DNA of 64,000 bases. It comes from a virus. The position numbers and the translations under genes were made by a program. A model generated the notes under the pieces. That model did no database searches. It had not been told where the DNA came from and was given only the letters and a program-made list of their open reading frames with translations. The stretch covers positions 32,001 to 96,000 of IMG/VR virus record IMGVR_UViG_3300044949_001773. One strand, given 5' to 3'. Below are positions 45,693-56,267 of the stretch, in pieces. Every line of letters begins with the position of its first letter. Within the stretch, counting starts at the first letter, position 1.

Positions 45693-48600
45693 ATGGGTCT
45701 CAGTCGTCTAGAGAATTTTTTGCGTTCCGTAAGAGGAAATATAATCTATGTTGATCCAAATTCATTAGATTCAACAGATTCAATAGAAAATACTGGAACA
45801 GCATTAACAAGACCTTTTAAATCTATCCAAAGAGCTCTTATTGAAGCAGCTAGATTTTCATACTTACCAGGTCCAAACAATGATAGATTTGGGGAAACCA
45901 CAATTCTTGTCTATCCAGGAGATCATTTAATTGATAATAGACCTGGTTGGATTCCAGATGGTGAAGGAACCTTTAGATTAAGAAATGGTCAAATTTCTTC
46001 AGACTTTACTGCCTTTGACCTAAGAACTAATTTTAATGTAACGACTGACAATAACGCACTTTACAAAATGAACTCCATTCATGGTGGAGTAATTGTTCCC
46101 AGAGGAACATCTATTGTTGGTATAGATCTCCGTAAGACAAAAATTAGACCGAAGTACGTACCAAATCCAAAAAATTCAAATATTGAAAGATCGGCAATAT
46201 TTAGATTAACTGGCGGATGTTATCTATCTCAATTTTCAATATTTGATAGTGATATTAATGGACAATCATTTATAGATTATACTGGCAATAAGTATACTCC
46301 AAACTTTTCACATCATAAACTGACATGTTTTGAATATGCTGATGGTTACAATAAGATTGATATTAACGATGATTTCCAAATATATTCTACTGATAGAACA
46401 GATTTAGATGTATATTATGAAAAATTGAGTCTTGCTTATGGACCAAGCGCAAGAGAAATACTTCCAGATTATCCAGATGATGTGGATATTGAAACAAAAA
46501 TTGATGAATATAGAATTGTAGGCTCTAGAGGAGAAGAAGTAGGAATAAGTAGTATCTTCTCTGGAGATGGAGTTACGGCAAATAAAACCATTACGGTATT
46601 CCTTGAAAGTGAAGTAGAAGGATTGGCTGTAGATACTCCAATAAGAATTGATGGAGCTGTAGTGGAAGGTTATGATGGTCAATATATTGTTAAAAATGTA
46701 GTAAGTCCAACACAAATTCAATTTGAAACTACTGTCATCCCAACAGGTCCTGATGGAGGAACGGGTGGTACATTAAGTATTGTTTCTGATACTGTAACTT
46801 CAGCATCTCCATATATCTTTAATTGTTCCTTGAGATCTGTATATGGAATGTGCGGATTACATGCTGATGGAGATTCTGTTGAAGGTTTTAGAAGTATTGT
46901 AGTAGCTCAGTTTACTGGAATCTCACTACAGAAAGATAATGATGCTTTTGTAAAATATGATCCTCAGTCTGGTAAATATTTGGATTCTGAAGATGTTCCG
47001 AATATTTACTCAGATTCTCTTGGAAGATATAAACCAGAATACGAGAACTATCATATTAAAGCAAGTAATAATGCATTTATTCAGTGCGTATCTATCTTTG
47101 CGATTGGGTTTGCTCAGCAGTTTGAAGCAGCAAGTGGTGGAGATCAATCAATAACAAACTCAAATTCAAACTTTGGTGCAAAGGCATTATTATCTCGTGG
47201 ATTTAGAAAAGATAAATTTATTAGAGATGATCTTGGTTACATTACTCATATAATTCCAGCAAAACAAAATATTTCCGATACTATTAATATTGAATATTTG
47301 GGATATGATGCCGCAAAAACTGTTTCTGTTGGGTCAACAACAAGATTATATTTATACAATCAGACTGATGAATCATCTCCCCCAGAACATATAATCAACG
47401 GTTTCAGAATAGGGGCAAAAAAAGATGATGTTTTATATTTGCCATTTTCTTCAGGCATATATAGTGCTCCTATTATTATGGGAGAAAATTATCAATTCGC
47501 TTATGAAAAATCTTATAAGGTTGCAAAGCAAATTGACGGGATAACTAATTCAATTTCATCAAATATTATATCATTACAAACATCTCACCAGCTCCAAGAT
47601 GGAGAGTCTGTAAGATTGATAAGTGACACTGGAGAACTTCCAGATAAGGTAGAATCTAATAGAGTTTACTATGCGATTACTTCTGGATTATCCGCAAATC
47701 AACTCAAAATAGCAAGCTCATTTAATGATGCTATTAGTAATAATAGTGTTGATATTTACAGTAATGAGGCATCAAATATTAAAGTAGTAAGCAGAGTTTC
47801 TGATAAAAAATCAGGTGATGTCGGACATCCTGTACAATATGATGATGTAGAGGGTCAGTGGTATATAACTGCCAAACTCCCAAGTGCTTTCTTAACAGCA
47901 CTTGGACTTTTGAATCTTGATCCAGAATCAACTACTTTATCTACTGGTCAAAGAACATACATTCAAAGACTCGTTGACAGTAGAGCATTAGAAGATAAAC
48001 TTTATAAAATTAGATATGTAATACCAAAAAATACGGATGTAAAGTCTAGAACCCCTCTTGACGGTTATATCATACAATCATCCACTTCAATTCCAGAAAG
48101 TGATGCTGAGGTAAGCTATCAGTATGGATTATCTACAGTAAAAACTTTAGATGCAGAAAATCAACTTAGAAGCACACGATTTATATCAAATGCTTCTTGG
48201 GATGGAACTTCAGCAACTATAACGACTGAACTTCCTCATAGATTAAGTATTGGTTCTCAAGTTGATATTTTAAATATTTTAAGCACATCCAATGTTTCCG
48301 GAACTTACAATTCCGGATATAATGGTCTGTATACAGTTACTCAAATTACAAGTTCTAGATCATTTAAATACACTTTATCTTCAGATCCAGGAACCTTCTT
48401 AGATAACACTTCAACAAGAACCAGAGCATTACCTCGCTTTGATCGCAAACAATATGATGGAACATATTTCATCTATAAGTCTCAAGAACTTCAAGAATAT
48501 GTTCATCAAAAACAAGATGGCATTTATTATTTGACCGTATTGAGTTCTTCAACAACTCCAAATGTAGATCCATTTACTAATTTCAAATTATCTCAACCGA

Positions 48601-51155
48601 TTAAAAATTTATATCCAGAAATTGATAGAGATAATTTAAATTCGGATCCAGATCCAACTGAATGTTTTGCCCTCCCGGATCCAATTGGGCAAGTAGTTGT
48701 AAATAATCCAGAGAAAAGTATTACAAAAGAATCAATAAATGATATACTAATTGAGAATTCGGTAGGATTTGGAGTTACTTATATTAGTACTACTAGCGGA
48801 TTTACGCACATGATTTTTACAAATATAGATCATGGACTGAATCCAATCACTAGTCTAACAATTTCAAATTCCGGAAATGCTTATGGCACAATTTCTGGAT
48901 CAATACAAACATTATATAATGCCGATCTAACTGGTGGTTCTGGAGAAGGTGCTTCTGCTGTAGTAAAGACTAATACTTCTGGATCAATTACAGAAATTGA
49001 AATTATGAGCGGTGGTAGCGGTTATGTTGTGGGAGATGTTTTAACAGTTACTGGGGTGGCCACAACAACCGGACATTCTCCAGCAACGGTAACAGTAAAT
49101 TCAATCTACAATCATGTAGGTGAAATTTTACAAATATCCGGCGTAGGTGAAGATTATGAACAATATAATACTCTTTATAGAATACTTAGTGTAGATGGAA
49201 GTAAAAAAGTAACAGCAGAAAGTGCTACAAATATTTCTCATTCATCAGTATCTCAGGAAAAACTTACAAATTCAAATTGCCATTTAACTGGAGGTCTCCA
49301 TATTAATGGAGGTGGTGTAAATGGAGGATTTCAAGTATATTATAATGCTTTAGTGGAAACTGATGGCATTCAAACGTTCCTTAAAGTTGTTCTTTATAAT
49401 ACACAAAGACCTAAACAACTAAAAGTTGGTCAGAAAATAATTTTAAAGACATTAGCAAACGCCTCAAGGGAATTTGTTATTACTGGATTGGCGAGATATG
49501 CTAATAAAGATGGTTTTACAATAGAAGCGGTTGATAATACTCCAAATCTAGCTTTTCTTGGTTCAAATCCAAGAACATTCCCATATGGCCATTACTCATC
49601 ATCCTACGGAAACAATACAGAGGACAATGAAAATAGAGTAGTTACAAAGTATGGTGGAGTCATGTCTACATTGACATCTACAATTACTAACACAACTACA
49701 ACTATAGGAATTAGCAATCTAAGTTCATTAGGGCTTAAGATCGGAGATTATCTTGAAATAAACAATGAAATTGTAAGAATATCAAGATCTGTTTCTGGTT
49801 CTTCTATTCAAGCATTCCGAGGATTATTGGGAACCCAAAGTAGGTCTCATGGAACTGGCTCTTATGTTAAAAAGATAATTATTACTCCAATAGAATTTAG
49901 AAGAAATTCTATTCTAAGAGCTTCTGGACATACGTTTGAATATGTTGGATTTGGACCAGGAAACTATTCAAATTCATTACCGGAAAGACAAGATAGACAA
50001 ATAAGCGAAGAAGAAGAAATTATTTCACAGTCATTAAAAATTGATGGGGGAGTTACTGTTTATACTGGAATGAATAATGATGGTGATTTTTATATTGGAA
50101 ATAAAATTATAAATTCCTCTACTGGTAATGAAAGCGTATTTGATTCTCCGATTCCATCATTAAGAGGTGATAAGACGGATAATAAATTTAATAATATTAT
50201 AAACACAGAAAAAGCCAATATTACAGATTCTATTAAAGTTGAGGGCGGTCCAGATGGAACTTCAATTTCCGAATTTAATAGTCCAGTAATATTCAATAAC
50301 AGATTAACTTCAAATTCTGGATTTGGAATTGAAAGTAATTCAATTTATATTCAAGGTAATGAAACCGTCTCTAGAAAATATACAGTTACTAGTTCAGAAC
50401 CTACAATAATAGGAAACGTAGGTGATGTTGAGTATTATTCAAGACCAGAAGATGGGGAATTCAGTGGGTGGATTTACACTAGAAATAATGCTTGGAGAAA
50501 ATATGGACCAGTCCAAAATGCGGATGGAGCGTATGAAGGAACTTGGAATGGAACATTTGAAGGTACATTTTATGGAGATGCTTCCGGATTAACTGGACTA
50601 GATTCTGCATGGAAGAGAACAAGTGCTGGCATACATACATCAGTGAATGTCGGTATTGGTACAGAACAGGCAAGTAGTATTCATAAACTTGAAGTTAATG
50701 GATCCACTAACATTAAAGGAGTATTAAATGTTGGAGAAATTATAGAACGAGTTACAATTGATTCTTCAACCGAACTTGGAAATCCATTATCACCAACAAC
50801 AAATATTAATCTTGGAGATAATAATGTATATTATTTTACTCGTTCCGCAACGCAAAATTGGGGTATAAATTTTAGATCAAGCGCTTCTCAATCTTTAGAT
50901 CAATTTATGAGTGTTGGTCAAACATTGACAGTTGCAATAATGACAACGCAAGGAGCAAATGCTTATTATAATAATACTACTTCAATTGATGGAGCAGCAA
51001 TCACAGTATTTGAGTATGGCGATTTGGAAATTATAGAAGGAAACCCTGATGGTATTGATATGTACACTTATGTCATTATTAAAAAATCTAATACTGGTTC
51101 AATACCTAACAAATTCACAGTATTAAGATCATTATCCCAATATAAACAGCAGTAG
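45693..51155 (+). CDS. Large virion structural or tail-fibre protein (1820 aa)
   Basis: MGLSRLENFL, RPFKSIQRALIE, SITNSNSNFG and SGHTFEYVGFGPGNYS. Late promoter at ~45656. Confidence 0.75.
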   Translation: MGLSRLENFLRSVRGNIIYVDPNSLDSTDSIENTGTALTRPFKSIQRALIEAARFSYLPGPNNDRFGETTILVYPGDHLIDNRPGWIPDGEGTFRLRNGQISSDFTAFDLRTNFNVTTDNNALYKMNSIHGGVIVPRGTSIVGIDLRKTKIRPKYVPNPKNSNIERSAIFRLTGGCYLSQFSIFDSDINGQSFIDYTGNKYTPNFSHHKLTCFEYADGYNKIDINDDFQIYSTDRTDLDVYYEKLSLAYGPSAREILPDYPDDVDIETKIDEYRIVGSRGEEVGISSIFSGDGVTANKTITVFLESEVEGLAVDTPIRIDGAVVEGYDGQYIVKNVVSPTQIQFETTVIPTGPDGGTGGTLSIVSDTVTSASPYIFNCSLRSVYGMCGLHADGDSVEGFRSIVVAQFTGISLQKDNDAFVKYDPQSGKYLDSEDVPNIYSDSLGRYKPEYENYHIKASNNAFIQCVSIFAIGFAQQFEAASGGDQSITNSNSNFGAKALLSRGFRKDKFIRDDLGYITHIIPAKQNISDTINIEYLGYDAAKTVSVGSTTRLYLYNQTDESSPPEHIINGFRIGAKKDDVLYLPFSSGIYSAPIIMGENYQFAYEKSYKVAKQIDGITNSISSNIISLQTSHQLQDGESVRLISDTGELPDKVESNRVYYAITSGLSANQLKIASSFNDAISNNSVDIYSNEASNIKVVSRVSDKKSGDVGHPVQYDDVEGQWYITAKLPSAFLTALGLLNLDPESTTLSTGQRTYIQRLVDSRALEDKLYKIRYVIPKNTDVKSRTPLDGYIIQSSTSIPESDAEVSYQYGLSTVKTLDAENQLRSTRFISNASWDGTSATITTELPHRLSIGSQVDILNILSTSNVSGTYNSGYNGLYTVTQITSSRSFKYTLSSDPGTFLDNTSTRTRALPRFDRKQYDGTYFIYKSQELQEYVHQKQDGIYYLTVLSSSTTPNVDPFTNFKLSQPIKNLYPEIDRDNLNSDPDPTECFALPDPIGQVVVNNPEKSITKESINDILIENSVGFGVTYISTTSGFTHMIFTNIDHGLNPITSLTISNSGNAYGTISGSIQTLYNADLTGGSGEGASAVVKTNTSGSITEIEIMSGGSGYVVGDVLTVTGVATTTGHSPATVTVNSIYNHVGEILQISGVGEDYEQYNTLYRILSVDGSKKVTAESATNISHSSVSQEKLTNSNCHLTGGLHINGGGVNGGFQVYYNALVETDGIQTFLKVVLYNTQRPKQLKVGQKIILKTLANASREFVITGLARYANKDGFTIEAVDNTPNLAFLGSNPRTFPYGHYSSSYGNNTEDNENRVVTKYGGVMSTLTSTITNTTTTIGISNLSSLGLKIGDYLEINNEIVRISRSVSGSSIQAFRGLLGTQSRSHGTGSYVKKIIITPIEFRRNSILRASGHTFEYVGFGPGNYSNSLPERQDRQISEEEEIISQSLKIDGGVTVYTGMNNDGDFYIGNKIINSSTGNESVFDSPIPSLRGDKTDNKFNNIINTEKANITDSIKVEGGPDGTSISEFNSPVIFNNRLTSNSGFGIESNSIYIQGNETVSRKYTVTSSEPTIIGNVGDVEYYSRPEDGEFSGWIYTRNNAWRKYGPVQNADGAYEGTWNGTFEGTFYGDASGLTGLDSAWKRTSAGIHTSVNVGIGTEQASSIHKLEVNGSTNIKGVLNVGEIIERVTIDSSTELGNPLSPTTNINLGDNNVYYFTRSATQNWGINFRSSASQSLDQFMSVGQTLTVAIMTTQGANAYYNNTTSIDGAAITVFEYGDLEIIEGNPDGIDMYTYVIIKKSNTGSIPNKFTVLRSLSQYKQQ

Positions 51156-51164
51156 TAAAGAACC

Positions 51165-54100
51165 ATGCCATTACTCGGAGCTATTGGTAACGCCTCAAAA
51201 CATTCTTTTAGGGGTAATTATGATAATTATCCATTTGATATAGATTTTGGCGATTTAGTTAATGTACAACCTGGAAAAATCTATAAAACTTCTTTTAAAT
51301 TAATTGAAGACATTAATTATAAAGTTCCATTAACTATAAGTGGTGATGGTGAATATTATATTGGAGATTCTAGTTTTAGTAAAACTTTTGATAACTCCAT
51401 CACTTCATTTGACCAAACTCCAACAACATTTGATGCGGATTTTCCTGAACTTGACTATAGCACTCAACCAACATATGTTAGAAATGGTGACATAGTTTCT
51501 TTGAGAGTAATTGGTATACCTCCGGTAAAGGTTGAAGAATCTACTTTTTTTGTTGATAGAAATTCTAATGAAATTGAAATTTCTTTATTAAATCCGATTA
51601 ATTTTGTATTAAGATCAGGAAATTATTCCTTTAATCCAAATGGCCAAGCTATAATTGAAGATAAGCAATCGCAACAAGAAAATTATATACCTCCAGAGTA
51701 TTATGGGAAAACATATACTACAAATGTGACTATAGGAAAAAAAGAATTTGTTTGGAAAGTTACAACACAAAATGCGTCATTGGCTCAAAACTTTTCTTTC
51801 CCACCATTGACAAATGTGTTTACTAATACAAGTGTTATTAGTGAACCTTACATTGTAACTGGGTTAAGTGAAAACTTTAACTATGAGGCAGATATAATTA
51901 CGACAACTGGAAATGGAACATTAAGTGTAAATTATGGGCCGTTTCTGAAAAAAGTTTCAGTAAAAAATGGAGATAATCTAAGAGTAAGAGCCACATCTTC
52001 TACAGATACGGATACAGAACTTAGTATTGGAGTTAGAATATCTTTAAATCAAACAACATCTCAGTCAATTACATATTGGTCAGTAAAAACATTAGATAAT
52101 GTCCCTTCAAATTTAAATACTTTACAAAATGCTACAAATTGCGAGTTAGAAACTGGCATCTTTAGCAATAAAATAACAATTTCTGGCCTAAGTCCAAATA
52201 TTGATTTTAATATTTCTATTACAAATGGAGATGGTTTATTATCAGTAAATGATCGCCAATATACAAAATCTGATAAGATAAGAAACGGAAATACATTACA
52301 ATTATTTACAAGATCTTCATATATTTGGGAAGATGAAAAGGAAATCACTGTAACTATTGAAAATACATCTCATACTTGGAAAGTGACAAATAGAACGATT
52401 AGAGTAAACAAAGATCTTTATGCTAGCTTTCTTTGTTTCGCTTTACCTTTAGAATATTATAGTGCTTTAGATTATGAATCTGGAAAAAATAGAATTCCTG
52501 ATGATGTTACTGAGGAGATTAAATTCCTTAGCACCGGTAGATCCGAAACAACAGAACCGCCATCTATAATAACAGGTTCAAACACCTATCAATCGTTTCA
52601 AAATGAAATACCTTTAGAATCTAGGATAAGTAAGTATTATACTCATTCATATCAACTTGAGAAAGAAGCTACACAAACCAAAAAAACAAATGAATTAAGT
52701 TACTTTAATTTAAAAACAAAACCTTATTATGCTTTAAGAGCAAATGATTTTACTCTGCAGTTTTGGTTTAGAACGTCTGGTTTTGATTTTAATGGAACTC
52801 CTGGATTATCAATTATACGTCCCCAATACTTTGAATCTAAAGATCAGGACAAATATGTTCCTATAGTATATTTAAAGGGCGATAATTGGCAAAATTCCAA
52901 TGGATTTAAAAGGGGACTTTTATTTGGTTATGTAGATCAACAAACAGGTCAATCAAAAACAATAGTAGAAACTAATGAGCAAGTTTTCCGAGAAAATGTT
53001 TGGCATCATGTTGCTGTTGTTAAGTCCTCCGGACTGTATATAATTTTAATTGATGGAGTTCGTAGAGCATCGGCCACACTTACAACTCAAATTGATTTTA
53101 CTGGATATATTTACGATTTCTTCAGAACTGATGGACTGGTAAAGCTTTATAATCAAAACACTTATTTTCAAGATTTTAGATTATATAATAATGCATATGT
53201 TCTTGGGTTAAATTCTATTAATGAATTTAAAAGATATGACCCAACATCTATTGTTCCAATATTAGAAAGATATAAAGACTCAGCAGAGGATATAAATCCA
53301 CTTTCTGATTTGTATTATGACAGTCAAGGAAGAGCCTTAATTTTCTCAACAAATACAGCATTAAAAGATCCGAGAACTTTATCAAAAACTACTAGTAAAG
53401 TCCTTCCCGGAACTGATAGTTGTATTGATGACGTAAGATGGAAACAAATTTTAGCACTTGTTGAAAATGATACAAGCACTACTGGTTATAGATTAGCAAT
53501 TCAAAGTAATAATCTAACATTTATTGCTAAAGCTACTGATAGAAATCTTTATAAGTTGATAAAATCTAATAGATTTACTTTAAGAGAAAGTCTCACTGAG
53601 TGGACCGATTTTTATACTGCTTCTAATTCTTCATTTAAAATAGATGTAAAAGGTTCTGATGGATCATTCACAACTATAGATTTTAATAATCTATCATCGT
53701 ATAGTAATTTTAAAACTGGAGTTGAATATACACTAACTTCTTATACCGATATTCCTACTAGATTATATGCTGTAGGTGGTGGAGGTGGATCTTCAACTAC
53801 TAAAGGAGCTCGTGGAGGTTCTGGAGGATTTGCTCAAGGTGATTTCACATTTGTGGCCGGAAAGAGTTACAAATTAAAAGTAGGTGGAGGAGGGTTCAGA
53901 GTATTTCAGGGAAGCGGATCTTTCACTGCAAGTGGTGGATATAATGGTGGTGGCTTTGGCGGTAATAGATCTGGTTCTGGTGGTGGTTATACCGGTATCT
54001 TTGACGAATCAATTACTCATGAAAATGCAATATTGATTGCTGGAGGAGGGGGAGGAGGCTCCGATGATCCAGCAACTGGAGGATCTGGTGGTGGCGAAAG

Positions 54101-54662
54101 CGGAGGAAATGGGTCAAATTATTATAGTAGGAGAGGCGGTTCTGGAGGAACTCAAACAGCGGGAGGAGCTGGTTTCCAATCAGGTGAAAAATTAAATGGT
54201 GGTGATGGAAGTAGTCAAGGAGGTGCTGGAGGTGGAGGTGGGTATTATGGAGGAGGATCTGGACTTTCTTTCTTTAGCGTATTTGCGTATGGCGCTGGTG
54301 GCGGAGGATCTGGATATCTACATCCGACATTAATTACAAATGGATCTTATAATAGCACTGGTGTAGTTTCTGGAGGATCTGCTGGAGAATATTCTAATGG
54401 AGGATCGGGAACATTTAAAATTGAATTAAAATCTTCTATAATCAGTTCATCATTCCTAATTTTATCATGGGACGAAAATGAAGGATTTAATGGAACTGGA
54501 TTAGATTATTCTGGATTAAGTTGGAGAAGTGATCTTGGAGGATTTGGATATTATTTAGATTCCACTAATAAACCATTTGAAAGTAGTAAGCTTACATATT
54601 CCATTACATATCCCACCGCAAAATGGTGGATTCTACCACCAGGAGTTCCAGACTTTTCATAA
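51165..54662 (+). CDS. Tail-associated protein with a LamG-like domain and glycine-rich C-terminus
   Basis: DFTLQFW...WHHVAVV...DG...FQDFRLY; Gly-rich tail. Confidence 0.7.
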   Translation: MPLLGAIGNASKHSFRGNYDNYPFDIDFGDLVNVQPGKIYKTSFKLIEDINYKVPLTISGDGEYYIGDSSFSKTFDNSITSFDQTPTTFDADFPELDYSTQPTYVRNGDIVSLRVIGIPPVKVEESTFFVDRNSNEIEISLLNPINFVLRSGNYSFNPNGQAIIEDKQSQQENYIPPEYYGKTYTTNVTIGKKEFVWKVTTQNASLAQNFSFPPLTNVFTNTSVISEPYIVTGLSENFNYEADIITTTGNGTLSVNYGPFLKKVSVKNGDNLRVRATSSTDTDTELSIGVRISLNQTTSQSITYWSVKTLDNVPSNLNTLQNATNCELETGIFSNKITISGLSPNIDFNISITNGDGLLSVNDRQYTKSDKIRNGNTLQLFTRSSYIWEDEKEITVTIENTSHTWKVTNRTIRVNKDLYASFLCFALPLEYYSALDYESGKNRIPDDVTEEIKFLSTGRSETTEPPSIITGSNTYQSFQNEIPLESRISKYYTHSYQLEKEATQTKKTNELSYFNLKTKPYYALRANDFTLQFWFRTSGFDFNGTPGLSIIRPQYFESKDQDKYVPIVYLKGDNWQNSNGFKRGLLFGYVDQQTGQSKTIVETNEQVFRENVWHHVAVVKSSGLYIILIDGVRRASATLTTQIDFTGYIYDFFRTDGLVKLYNQNTYFQDFRLYNNAYVLGLNSINEFKRYDPTSIVPILERYKDSAEDINPLSDLYYDSQGRALIFSTNTALKDPRTLSKTTSKVLPGTDSCIDDVRWKQILALVENDTSTTGYRLAIQSNNLTFIAKATDRNLYKLIKSNRFTLRESLTEWTDFYTASNSSFKIDVKGSDGSFTTIDFNNLSSYSNFKTGVEYTLTSYTDIPTRLYAVGGGGGSSTTKGARGGSGGFAQGDFTFVAGKSYKLKVGGGGFRVFQGSGSFTASGGYNGGGFGGNRSGSGGGYTGIFDESITHENAILIAGGGGGGSDDPATGGSGGGESGGNGSNYYSRRGGSGGTQTAGGAGFQSGEKLNGGDGSSQGGAGGGGGYYGGGSGLSFFSVFAYGAGGGGSGYLHPTLITNGSYNSTGVVSGGSAGEYSNGGSGTFKIELKSSIISSSFLILSWDENEGFNGTGLDYSGLSWRSDLGGFGYYLDSTNKPFESSKLTYSITYPTAKWWILPPGVPDFS

Positions 54663-54694
54663 CAAACTATTCATAAATAAAATAAAACTCTAAA

Positions 54695-55168
54695 ATGGCA
54701 GATAGATATCCTCTTATATTTGATCCAGGTGATAATAAATTTAAAGAACTTCCTACTGGAGATAATCTAAATCTTCAAGGAAATGGTATTATTAATGCGT
54801 CATCAATTAGTTCTACTGGATTTATTACTGGAAAGAGAAGATTCCCAGTTTATAATAATACAGTAACCGAAACTAATGTTACATTGACACTTTCTGATTT
54901 AAACATGGTATTGTTACTTAGAACAAATGTTCCAAGAATTATTAACTTACCATCAACTACAGGATTACAAATTGGAGATTGGATTAAAATCGTTGATATA
55001 GGTTCTTCAGATACTAATAGAGGAAATTCATATAAACAAAATATAACCATTGTTCCTAACGGAGCAAGAGTTCAAGGAGATCCAGATTCTCTTATAGTTG
55101 ATATTGACGGACACTCAATAACATTAATGTGGTGTGGTGAAACATATAATTGGCGTATAGTAGATTAA
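54695..55168 (+). CDS. Tail-fibre-associated protein
   Basis: MADRYPLI...ELPTGDNLNL; LP...GDWIKIVD...W. Confidence 0.6.
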   Translation: MADRYPLIFDPGDNKFKELPTGDNLNLQGNGIINASSISSTGFITGKRRFPVYNNTVTETNVTLTLSDLNMVLLLRTNVPRIINLPSTTGLQIGDWIKIVDIGSSDTNRGNSYKQNITIVPNGARVQGDPDSLIVDIDGHSITLMWCGETYNWRIVD

Positions 55169-55186
55169 TTTAAAAGGAAACATACA

Positions 55187-56215
55187 ATGACTTTAAGACT
55201 TTCTCAAATAAAAGATAGTAGTGAAATAGTAGATTCAACTATCACTATAAAACTTTCTGATTATGGAACAATATCCGATTTAGGTACACATCAATCAGCC
55301 GTAAACAATGCGGATATCTTTAAAATTGCTTATCAAGATATTTTAAGTAAAAGATTTGGAATGTTTAACGCAGCAGTATGCTACTTAGAATGTCCTCCAG
55401 GTGATTATTATTTTGGAGACAATCCAAGTGGAGATTCAAATTATTATACTATGATGTTGAATCATCCGCAAGCCGCAAATATATCAATACGAGGAATCAC
55501 TTCTGGAACAAAACCATCAAATAGTGCTTTGTCTTCAGCATCAACGGTTAATGATAGATACAATTTATTAAAAGCATATTACAAAACAAGATTTCATTTT
55601 AAAAGAAATGGAATTCTTGGGGGGTTGAGTAATACTACTGGGGCAAGGGCACCTGGTCTTCATAAAATAGGTGTATTTGGAAGTTATAAAGATGCTCCAG
55701 GATCTTTTGATACGACATATACTGGATTTGCTAGAGGAATAACTGGAAGTATAAGACTTGAATATTGTTGCGTTCATGGTTTTGGTATTAATGGAAATGG
55801 TAATAGTTGGGGTCTCGGTACAGATGGTGGTGGAAAAATAGATACATATGATATTCAAGTTGTAGATTGTGCAAGAGGATTTTTTGCTCAACGTAATGGA
55901 ACGATAAATTCATTTGGAGATGCCTGTAGCATTCATAATATAGCAGGTACATCTGGTCAAGGATTACTAGCAATGGACAGTGCTTCAATATATTTTGCTG
56001 GAGGAGGAACTGGATATGTGGCAAATTGTTCCAATACCGGAGTTATAGCATATTCTGGAGGAATAATTAGGTTTGGGAATGGGGGAACTCATACAGTTAC
56101 TTCAACTGTTAAAGAAAATTTATATGCCGATACATTAGGGTTAATTGTTGGCGATGCAACTACAGTTTCCTACAGTACAAAATTCTCTCAACGCGGCGCA
56201 AGAATTGAAGTATAA
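55187..56215 (+). CDS. Putative parallel beta-helix (pectin-lyase-like) receptor-binding protein
   Basis: PPGDYY followed by repeated C..G..A..G.I strands. Confidence 0.5.
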   Translation: MTLRLSQIKDSSEIVDSTITIKLSDYGTISDLGTHQSAVNNADIFKIAYQDILSKRFGMFNAAVCYLECPPGDYYFGDNPSGDSNYYTMMLNHPQAANISIRGITSGTKPSNSALSSASTVNDRYNLLKAYYKTRFHFKRNGILGGLSNTTGARAPGLHKIGVFGSYKDAPGSFDTTYTGFARGITGSIRLEYCCVHGFGINGNGNSWGLGTDGGGKIDTYDIQVVDCARGFFAQRNGTINSFGDACSIHNIAGTSGQGLLAMDSASIYFAGGGTGYVANCSNTGVIAYSGGIIRFGNGGTHTVTSTVKENLYADTLGLIVGDATTVSYSTKFSQRGARIEV

Positions 56216-56267
56216 ACTATAATAAATAAAACTAAAGGGAGGGATAGTGAACTCCTAAGGAGAAGAA